Shown: positions 1 to 11,100 of the stretch, piece after piece
Position numbering within the stretch: position 1 is the stretch's first letter
Layout: the number at the start of each line of letters is the position of its first letter
Source of the DNA: Eledone cirrhosa
Lineage: Eukaryota
Direction: 5' to 3'
Length of the DNA: 64,000 nucleotides
Assembly: GCA_964016885.1 (NCBI GenBank)
Contig: OZ024740.1
Location: 23,684,001-23,748,000, forward strand
Notes under the pieces: generated by a model
Told to the model about the DNA's origin: nothing
Seen by the model: the letters and a program-made list of their open reading frames with translations, nothing else
Databases searched by the model: none
Program-made: the position numbers and the translations under genes

Positions 1-2589
1 TCAACCAACAGACCAACTGGTAGTTAAAACAACATGGTTGATATGTATAGCTTCTGTAGCTAGAGAAGGAAGCTGAGTCAGTCAACAGACCAACTAGCAA
101 TTACAACAACATGGCTGACATATATAGCTTGTGTAGCTACAGAAGGAAACTGAGTCAGTCAACAGACCAACTGGTAGTTGCAACAACACGGCTGAAATAT
201 ATAGCTTGTGTAGCTAGAGAAGGAAGCTGAGTCAGTCAACAGACCATCTAGTAGTTACAACAACATGGCTGACATATATAGCTTGTGTAGCTAGAGAAGG
301 AAGCTGAGTCAGTCAACAGACCAACTAGTAGTTACAACAACATAGCTGACATATATAGCTTGTGTAGCTAGAGAAGGAAACAGAGTCAGTCACCAGACCA
401 ACTGGTAGTTACAACAACATGGCTGACATATATAGCTTGTGTAGCTAGAGAAGGAAGCTGAGTCAACCAACAGACCAACTGTTAATTACAGCAACATGGC
501 TGACATATATATTATATTTGTGTAGCTAGAGAATGAAGCAGAGTCAACCAACAGACCATCTGGTTGTTACAACAACTTGGCTGACATATATAGTTTGTAT
601 AGCTAGAGAAGGAAGCTGAGTCAGTCAACAAATCTACTGGTAGTTACAACAACATGGCTGACATATATAGCTTGTGTAGCTAGAGAAGGAAGCTGAGTCA
701 ACCAACAGACCAACTGGTACTTACAACAACATGGCTGACATATATATATCATGTGTAGCTAGAGAAGGAAGCTGAGTCAGTCAACAGACCAACTGGTACT
801 TCCAACAACATGGCTGACATATATAGCTTGTGTAGCTAGAGAAGGAAGCTGAGTCAGTCAACAGACCAACTAGTAGTTACAACAACATGGCTGACATATA
901 TAGCTTGTGTAGCTAGAGAAGGAAGCTGAGTCAACCAAAATACCAACTGGTACTTACAACAACATGGCTGACATATATATATCATGTGTAGCCTGAGAAG
1001 GAAGCTGAGTCAGTCGACAGACCAACTGGTACTTCCAACAACATGGCTGACATATATAGCTTGTGTAGCTAGAGAAGGAAGCTGACTAAGTCAACAGACC
1101 AACTAGTAGTTACAGCAACATGGCTGACATATATAGCTTGTGTAGCTAGAGAAGGAAGCTGAATGAACCGACAGATCTACTGGTAGTTACAACAACATGG
1201 CTGACATATATAGCTTGTGTAGCTAGAGAAGGAAGCTGAGTCAGTCAACAGACCAACTAGTAGTTACAACCACATGGCTGACATATAAAGCTTGTGTAGC
1301 TAGAGAAGGAAGCTGAATGAACCGACAGATCTACTGGTAGTTACAACAACATGGCTGACATGTATAGCTTGTGTAGCTAGAGAAGGAAGCTGAGTCAGTC
1401 AACAGACCAACTAGTAGTTACAACTACATGGCTGACATATATATAGCTTGTGTAGCTAGAGAAGGAAGCTGAGTCAACTAACAGACCAACTAGTAGTTAC
1501 ATCAACATGGCTGACATATATAGCTTGTGTAGTTAGAGAAGGAAGCTGAGTCAGTCAACAGACCAACTAGTAGTTACAACAACATGACTGACATATATAG
1601 CTTGTGTAGCTAGAGAAGGAAGATGAGTCAGTTAACAGAACAACTAGTAGTTACAACAACATGGCTGACATATATAGCTTGTGTAGCTAGAGAAGGAAGC
1701 TGAGTCACCCAACAGACCTACTGGTAATTACAACAACGTGGCTGACATATATAGCTTGTGTAGCTAGAGAAGGAAGCTGAGTCAACCAACAGACCAACTA
1801 GTAGTTACAACAACATGGCTGACATATATAGTTTGTGTAGCTAGAGAAGGAAGCTGAGTCAACCAACAGACCAACTAGTAGTTACAACAACATAGCTGAC
1901 ATATATATCTTGAGCAGCTAGAGTAGGAAGCTGAGTCAGTCAACAGACCAACTGGTAGTTACAACAACATGGCTGACATATATAGCTTGTGAGGCTAGAG
2001 AAGGAAGCTGAGTCAGTCAACAGACCATCTAGTATTTACAACAACATGGCTGACATATATAGCTTGTGTAGCTATAGAAGGAAGCTGAGTCAGTCAACAG
2101 ACCAACTAGTAGTTACAACAACATTGGCTGACATATATAGCTTGTGTAGCTAGGGAAGGAAGCTGAGTCAGTCAACAGACCTACTAGTAGTTAAAACAAC
2201 ATGGCTGATATATATATAGCTTGTGTAGCTAGAGAAGGAAGCTGAGTCAGTTAACAGACCAACTAGAAGTTACAAAAACATGGCTGACATATATAGCTTG
2301 TGTAGCTAGAGAAGGAAGCTGAGTCAGTCACCAGACCAACTGGTAGTTACAACAACATGGCTGACATATATATCGTCTGTAGCTAGAGAAGGAAGCTGAT
2401 TCAGTCAACAGACCAACTAGTAGTTACAACAACATGGCTGACATATATAGCTTGAGCAGCTAGAGAAGGAAGCTGAGTCAACCAACAGACCAACTGGTAG
2501 TTACAACAACATGGCTGACATATATATTATATTTGTGTAGCTAGAGAATGAAGCAGAGTCAACCAACAGACCAACTGGTACTTACAACA

Positions 2590-5500
2590 ACATGGCTGAC
2601 ATATATAGCTTGTGCAGCTAGAGAAGGAAGCTGAGTCAACCAACAGACCAAATGATAGTTACAACAACATGGCTGACATATATAGCTTGTGTAGCTAGAG
2701 AAGGAAGCTGAGTCAGTCAACAGACCAACTGGTAGTTACAACAACATGGCTGACATATATAGCTTGTGTAGCTAGAGAAGGAAGCTGATTCAACCAACAG
2801 ACCAACTTGTAGTTACAACAACATGGCTGACATATATATCTTGTGTAGCTAGAGAAGGAAGCTGACTCAGTCAACAGACGAACTAGTAGTTACAACAACA
2901 TGGCTGACATATATAGCTTGTGTAGCTAGAGAAGGAAGCTGAGTCAACCAACAGACCTACTGGTAGTTACAGCAATGTGGCTGACATATATAGCCTGTGT
3001 AGCTAGAGAAGGAAGCTGATTCAACCAACAGACCAACTGGTACTTACAACAACATGGCTGACATATATAGCTTGTGTAGCTAGCGAAGGAAACTGAGTCA
3101 GTCAACAGACCAACTGGTAGTAACAACAACATGGCTGACATATATAGCTTGTGTAGCTAGAGAAGGAAGCTGAGTCAACCTAACAGAGCAACTGGTAGTT
3201 ACAACATCATGGCTGACATATATATCTTGTGTAGCCAGAGAAGGGAGCTGAGTCAGTCAACAGACCTACTTGTAGTTACAACAACATGGCTGACATATAT
3301 AGCTTGTGCAGCTAGAGAAGGAAGCTGAGTCAGTCAACAGACCAACTGGTAGTTACAACAACACGGCTGACATATATAGCTTGTGTAGCTAGAGAAGGAA
3401 GCTGACTCAGTCAACAGACCAACTAGTAGTTACAACAACATGGCTGACATATATAGCTTGTGTAGCTAGAGAAGGAAGTTGAGTCAGTCAACAGACCAAC
3501 TAGTAGTTACAACAACATGGCTGACATATATAGCTTGTGTAGCTAGAGAAGGAAGCTGAGTCAGTCACCAGAGCAACTGGTAGTTACAACACCATGGCTG
3601 ACATATATATCTTGTGTAGCTAGAGAAGGAAGCTGATTCAGTCAACAGACCAACTAGTAGTTACAACAACATGGCTGACATATATAGCTTGTGTAGCTAG
3701 AGAAGGAAGCTGAGTCAGTCACCAGACCAACTGGTAGTTACAACAACATGGCTGACATATATATCTTGTGTAGCTAGAGAAGGAAGCTGAGTCAACCAAC
3801 AGAGCAACTGGTACTTACAACAAAATGGCTGACATATATAGCTTGTATAGCTAAATAAGGAAGCTGAGTCAGTCAACAGAACAACTGGTACTTACAACAA
3901 CATGGCTGATATATATAGCTTGTGTAGCTAGAGAAGGAAGCTGAGTCAGTCAACAGACCTACTAGTAGTTATAACAATTTGGCCCACATATATAGCTTGT
4001 GTAGCTAGAGAAGGAAGCTGACTCAGTCAACAGACCAGCTAGTAGTTACAACAACATGGCTGACATATAGAGCTTGTGTAGCTAGAGAAGGAAACTGAGT
4101 CAGTCAACAGACCAACTGGTTGTTACAACAACATGGCTTACATATATAGCTTGTGTAGCTAGAGAAGGAAGCTGAGTCAACCAACAGACCAACTGGTAGT
4201 TACAACAACTTGGCTGACATATATATTTGTGTAGCTAGAGAAGGAAGCTGAGTCAACCAAAATACCAACTGGTACTTACAACAACATGGCTGACATATAT
4301 ATATCATGTGTAGCCTGAGAAGGAAGCTGAGTCAGTCAACAGACCAACTGGTACTTCCAACAACATGGCTGACATATATAGCTTGTGTAGCTAGAGAAGG
4401 AAGCTGACTAAGTCAACAGACCAACTAGTAGTTACAGCAACATGGCTGACATATATAGCTTGTGTAGCTAGAGAAGGAAGCTGAGTCAACCAACAGACGA
4501 ACTGGTAGTTACAACAACATGGCTGACATATATAGCTTGTGCAGCTAGAGAAGGAAGCTGAGTCAACCAACAGACCAAATGATAGTTACAACAACATGGC
4601 TGACATATATAGCTTGTGTAGCTAGAGAAGGAAGCTGAGTCAGTCAACAGACCAACTGGTAGTTACAACAACATGGCTGACATATATAGCTTGTGTAGCT
4701 AGAGAAGGAAGCTGATTCAACCAACAGACCAACTTGTAGTTACAACAACATGGCTGACATATATATCTTGTGTAGCTAGAGAAGGAAGCTGACTCAGTCA
4801 ACAGACCAACTAGTAGTTACAACAACATGGCTGACATATATAGCTTGTGTAGCTAGAGAAGGAAGCTGAGTCAACCAACAGACCTACTGGTAGTTACAGC
4901 AATGTGGCTGACATATATAGCCTGTGTAGCTAGAGAAGGAAGCTGATTCAACCAACAGACCAACTGGTACTTACAACAACATGGCTGACATATATAGCTT
5001 GTGTAGCTAGCGAAGGAAACTGAGTCAGTCAACAGACCAACTGGTAGTAACAACAACATGGCTGACATATATAGCTTGTGTAGCTAGAGAAGGAAGCTGA
5101 GTCAACCTAACAGAGCAACTGGTAGTTACAACATCATGGCTGACATATATATCTTGTGTAGCCAGAGAAGGGAACTGAGTCAGTCAACAGACCTACTTGT
5201 AGTTACAACAACATGGCTGACATATATAGCTTGTGCAGCTAGAGAAGGAAGCTGAGTCAGTCAACAGACCAACTGGTAGTTACAACAACACGGCTGACAT
5301 ATATAGCTTGTGTAGCTAGAGAAGGAAGCTGACTCAGTCAACAGACCAACTAGTAGTTACAACAACATGGCTGACATATATAGCTTGTGTAGCTAGAGAA
5401 GGAAGTTGAGTCAGTCAACAGACCAACTAGTAGTTACAACAACATGGCTGACATATATAGCTTGTGTAGCTAGAGAAGGAAGCTGAGTCAGTCACCAGAG

Positions 5501-6460
5501 CAACTGGTAGTTACAACAACATGGCTGACATATATATCTTGTGTAGCTAGAGAAGGAAGCTGATTCAGTCAACAGACCAACTAGTAGTTACAACAACATG
5601 GCTGACATATATAGCTTGTGTAGCTAGAGAAGGAAGCTGAGTCAGTCACCAGACCAACTGGTAGTTACAACAACATGGCTGACATATATATCTTGTGTAG
5701 CTAGAGAAGGAAGCTGAGTCAACCAACAGAGCAACTGGTACTTACAACAAAATGGCTGACATATATAGCTTGTATAGCTAAATAAGGAAGCTGAGTCAGT
5801 CAACAGAACAACTGGTACTTACAACAACATGGCTGATATATATAGCTTGTGTAGCTAGAGAAGGAAGCTGAGTCAGTCAACAGACCTACTAGTAGTTATA
5901 ACAATTTGGCCCACATATATAGCTTGTGTAGCTAGAGAAGGAAGCTGACTCAGTCAACAGACCAGCTAGTAGTTACAACAACATGGCTGACATATAGAGC
6001 TTGTGTAGCTAGAGAAGGAAACTGAGTCAGTCAACAGACCAACTGGTTGTTACAACAACATGGCTTACATATATAGCTTGTGTAGCTAGAGAAGGAAGCT
6101 GAGTCAACCAACAGACCAACTGGTAGTTACAACAACTTGGCTGACATATATATTTGTGTAGCTAGAGAAGGAAGCTGAGTCAACCAAAATACCAACTGGT
6201 ACTTACAACAACATGGCTGACATATATATATCATGTGTAGCCTGAGAAGGAAGCTGAGTCAGTCAACAGACCAACTGGTACTTCCAACAACATGGCTGAC
6301 ATATATAGCTTGTGTAGCTAGAGAAGGAAGCTGACTAAGTCAACAGACCAACTAGTAGTTACAGCAACATGGCTGACATATATAGCTTGTGTAGCTAGAG
6401 AAGGAAGCTGAGTCAACCAACAGACGAACTGGTAGTTACAACAACATGGCTGACATATAT
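2590..6460. repeat. Tandem duplication of a 25-monomer block (period 1927 bp, 2 copies)
   Basis: Rare variants recur at +1927: aatgatagtt 2651/4578 and cagacgaact 4494/6421. Identical ORF translations occur at 2944 and 4871. Shared markers include acaatttggcccac and gctaaataagg. Only a few differences were seen (near 2880, 3246, 3592). Confidence 0.93.
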
Positions 6461-8199
6461 AGCTTCTGTAGCTAGAGAAGGAAGCTGAGTCAACCAACAG
6501 AACAACTGGTACTTACAACAAAATGGCTGACATATATAGCTTGTATAGCTAAATAAGGAAGCTGAGTCAGTCAACAGAACAACTGGTACTTACAACAACA
6601 TGGCTGACATATATAGGCTTTTGTAGCTAGAGAAGGAAGCTGACTCAGTCAAGAGACCAACTAGTAGTTAAAACAACATGGCTGACATATATAGCTTTTG
6701 TAGCTTGAGAAGGAAACTGAGTCAGTCAACAGACTAACTGGTAGTTACAACAACATGGCTGACATATATAGCTCGTGTAGCTAGAGAAGGAAGCCGAGTC
6801 AGTCAACAGACCAACTGGTAGTTACAGCAACATGGCTGACATATATAGCGTGTATAGCTAGAGAAGGAAGCTGAGTCAGACAACAGACCAAATAGCAGTT
6901 ACAACAACATGGCTGACATATATAGCTTGTGTAGCTAGAGAAGGACGCTGAGTCAACCAACAGACTAACTGGTAGTTACAACAACATGGCTGACATATAT
7001 ATTTGTGTAGCTAGAGAAGGAAGCTGATTCAACCAACAGACCAACTTGTACTTACAACAACATGGCTGACATATATATATTGTGTAGCTAGAGAAGGAAG
7101 CTGAGTCAACCAACAGACCTAATGGTAGTTACAGCAATATGGCTGACATATATAGCTTGTGTAGCTAGAGAAGGAATCTGAGTCATTTAACAGACCAACT
7201 AGTAGTTACAACAACATGGTTGACATATATAGCTTGTGTAGCTAGAGAAGGTAGCTGAGTCAGTAAACAGGGGCACTAGTAGTTACAACAACATGGCTGA
7301 CATATATATCTTGAGCAGCTAGAGAAGGAAGCTGAGTCAGTCAACAGACCAGCTAGTAGTTACAACAACATGGCTGACATATATAGCTTGTGTAGCTAGA
7401 GAAGGAAGCTGAGTCAACCAACAGACCTACTGGTAGTTACAACAACATGGCTGACATGTATATCTTGTATAGCTAGAGAAGGAAGCTGAGTCCACCAACA
7501 GACAAACTGGTACTTACAACAACATGGCTGACATATATATTTGTGTAGCTAGAGAAGGAAGCTGATTCAACGAACAGACCAACTTGTAGTTACAACAACA
7601 TGGCTGACATATATATCTTGTGTAGCTAGAGAAGGAAGCTGAGTCAACCAACAGACCAACTGGTAGTTATAACAACATGGCTGACATATATAGCTTGTGT
7701 AGCTAGAGAAGGAAGCTGACTCAGTCTAGAGACCAACTAGTAGTTAAAACAACATGGCTGACATATATAGCTTGTGTAGCTAGAGAAGGAAACTGAGTCA
7801 GTCAACAGACCAACTCGTAGTTACAACAACTTGGCTGACATATATAGCTTGTTTAGCTAGAGAAGGAAGCTGAGTCAGTCAACAGACCAACTGGTAGTTA
7901 CAACAACATACCTGACATATATAGCTTGTGTAGCTAGAGAAGGAAGCTGAGTCAACCAACAGACCAACTGGTAGTTACAACAACATGGCTGACATATATA
8001 TTTGTGTAGCTAGAGAAGGAAGCTGATTCAACCAACAGACCAACTTGTCGTTACAACAACTTGGCTGACATATATATCTTGTGTAGCTAGAGAAGGAAGC
8101 TGAGTCAACCAACAGACCAAATGGTAGTTACAACAACATGGCTGACATATATAGCTTGTGTAGCTAGAGAAGGAAGCTGAGTCAACCAACAGACCAACT

Positions 8200-11100
8200 G
8201 GTAGTTACAACAACATGGCTGACATATATAGCTTGTGTAGCTTGAGAAGGAATCTGAGTCATTTAACAGACCAACTAGTAGTTACAACAACATGGTTGAC
8301 ATATATAGCTTGTGTAGCTAGAGAAGGTAGCTGAGTCAGTAAACAGGCGCACTAGTAGTTACAACAACATGGCTGACATATACATCTTGAGCAGCTAGAG
8401 AAGGAAGCTGAGTCATTCAACAGACCAACTGGTAGTTACAACATCATGGCTGACATATATATTTGTGTAGCTAGAGAAAGAAGCTGAGTCAACCAACAGA
8501 CCAACTGGTACTTACAACAACATGGCTGACATGTATAGCTTGTGTAGCTAGAGAAGGAAGCTGAGTCAGTCAACAGACCAAATGGTAGATACAACAACAT
8601 GGCTGACATATATAGCTTGTGTAGCTAGAGAAGGAAGCTGAGTCAACCAACAGACCAACTAGTAGTTACAACAACATGGCTGACATATGTAGCTTGTGTA
8701 GCTAGAGAAGGAAGCTGAGTCAACCAACAGACCAACTGGTAGTTACAACAACATGGCTGACATATATAGCTTGTGTAGCTATAGAAGGAAGCTGAGTCAA
8801 CCAACAGACCAACTGGTAGTTACAACAACATGGCTGACATATATAGCTTGTGTAGCTAGAGAAGGAAGCTGAGTCAACCAACAGACCAACTGGTAGTTAC
8901 AACAACATGGCTGACATATATAGCTTGTGTAGCTTGAGAAGGAATCTGAGTCAACCAACAGACCAACTGGTACTTACAACAACATGGCTGACATATATAG
9001 CTTGTGTAGCTAGAGAAGGAAGGTGACTCAGTCAACAGACCAACTAGTAGTTACAACAACATGGCTGACATATATAGCTTGTGTAGCTAGAGAAGGAAAC
9101 TGAGTCAGTCAACAGACCAACTAGCAGTTACAATAACATGGCTGATATATATAGCTTGTGTAGCTAGAGAAGGAAGCTGAATGAATCGACAGATCTACTG
9201 GTAGTTACAACAACATGGCTGACATATATATTTGTGTGGCTAGAGAAGGAAGCTAAGTCAGTCAACAGACCAACTGGTAGTTACAACAACATGGCTGGCA
9301 TATATAGCTTGTGTAGCTAGAGAAGGAAGCTGAGTCAACCAACAGACCAACTGGTAGTTACAACAACTTGGCTGACATATATATTTGTGTAGCTAGAGAA
9401 GGAAGGTGAGTCACCCAACAGACCAACTGGTAGTTACAACATGGCTGAAATATATAGCTTGTTTAGCTAGAGAAGGAAGCTGAGTCTGTCAACAGACCAA
9501 CTTGTAGTTACAACATGGCTGAAATATATAGCTTGTGTAGCTAGAGAAGGAAGATGAGTCAGTCAACAGACCAACTTGTAGTTACAACAACATGGCTGAC
9601 ATATATATCTTGTGTAGCTAGAGAAGGAAGCTGAGTCAACCAACAGTCCAACTGGTAGTTACAGCAATATGGCTGACATATATAGCTTGTGTAGCTATAG
9701 AAGGAATCTGAGTCATTTAACAGACCAACTAGTAGTTACAACAACATGGTTGACATATATATTTGTGTAGCTAGAGAAGGTAGCTGAGTCAGTAAACAGG
9801 CGCACTAGTAGTTACAACAACATGGCTGACATATATATCTTGAGCAGCTAGAGAAGGAGGCTGAGTCAGTCAACAGACCAACTAGTAGTTACAACAACAT
9901 GGCTGACATATATATTTGTGTAGCTTGAGAAGGAAGCTGAGTCAACCAACAGACCAACTGGTACTTACAACAACATGGCTGACATGTATAGCTTGTGTAG
10001 CTAGAGAAGAAAGCTGAGTCAGTCAACAGACCAGCTAGTAGTTACAACAACATGGCTGACATATATAGCTTGTGTAGCTAGAGAAGGAAGCTGAGTCAAC
10101 CAACAGACCTACTGGTAGTTACAACAACATGGCTGATATATATAGCTTGTGTAGCTAGAGAAGGAAGCTGAGTCAACCAACAGACCAACTGGTACTTACA
10201 ACAACATGGCTGACATATATAGCTTGTGTAGCTAGAGAAGGAAGCTGAGTCAGTCTCACAGACCAACTGGTACTTACAACAACATGGCTGACATATATAG
10301 CTTGTGTAGCTAGAGAAGGAAGCTGAGTCAACCAACAGACCAACTGGTAGTTACAACAACTTGGCTGACATATATAGTTGTGTAGCTAGAGAAGGAAGCT
10401 GATTCAACCAACAGACCAACTTGCAGTTACAACTACATGGCTGACATATATATCTTGTGTAGCTAGAGAAGGAAGCTGAGTCAACCAACAGACCAACTGG
10501 TAGTTACAACAACATGGCTGACATAGATAGCTTGTGTAGCTAGAGAAGGAAGCTGAGTCAACCAACAGACCAACTGATAGTTACAACAACATGGCTGACA
10601 TATATAGCTTGTGTAGCTAGAGAAGGTAGCTGAGTCAGTAAACAGGCGCACTAGTAGTTACAACAACATGGCTGACATATATATCTTGAGCAGCTAGAGA
10701 AGGAAGCTGAGTCAGTCAACAGACCAACTGGTAGTTACAACAACATGGCTGACATATATATTTGTGTAGCTAGAGAAAGAAGCTGAGTCAACCAACAGAC
10801 CAACTGGTACTTACAACAACATAGCTGACATGTATCGCTTCTGTAGCTAGAGAAGGAAGCTGAGTCAGTCAACAGACCAACTGGTAGATACAACAACATG
10901 GCTGACATATATAGCTTGTGTAGCTAGAGAAGGAAGCTGAGTCAACCAACAGACCAACTGGTACTTACAACAACATGGCTGATATATATAGCTTGTGTAG
11001 CTAGAGAAGGAAGGTGACTCAGTCAACAGACCAACTAGTAGTTACAACAACATGGCTGACATATATAGCTTGTGTAGCTAGAGAAGGAAACTGAATGAAC

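Noticed and set aside
40-50. TATA-box promoter at ACATATATAG
   Set aside because: It is a short (AT)n tract that varies by slippage, with no downstream gene or other supporting evidence.
1-77. Tandem tRNA or tRNA-derived SINE array (77 bp is tRNA-sized)
   Set aside because: I could not find a cloverleaf, acceptor stem, TTCGA T-loop/B-box or oligo-T terminator on either strand. tRNAscan-SE or Rfam on a dimer would settle it.
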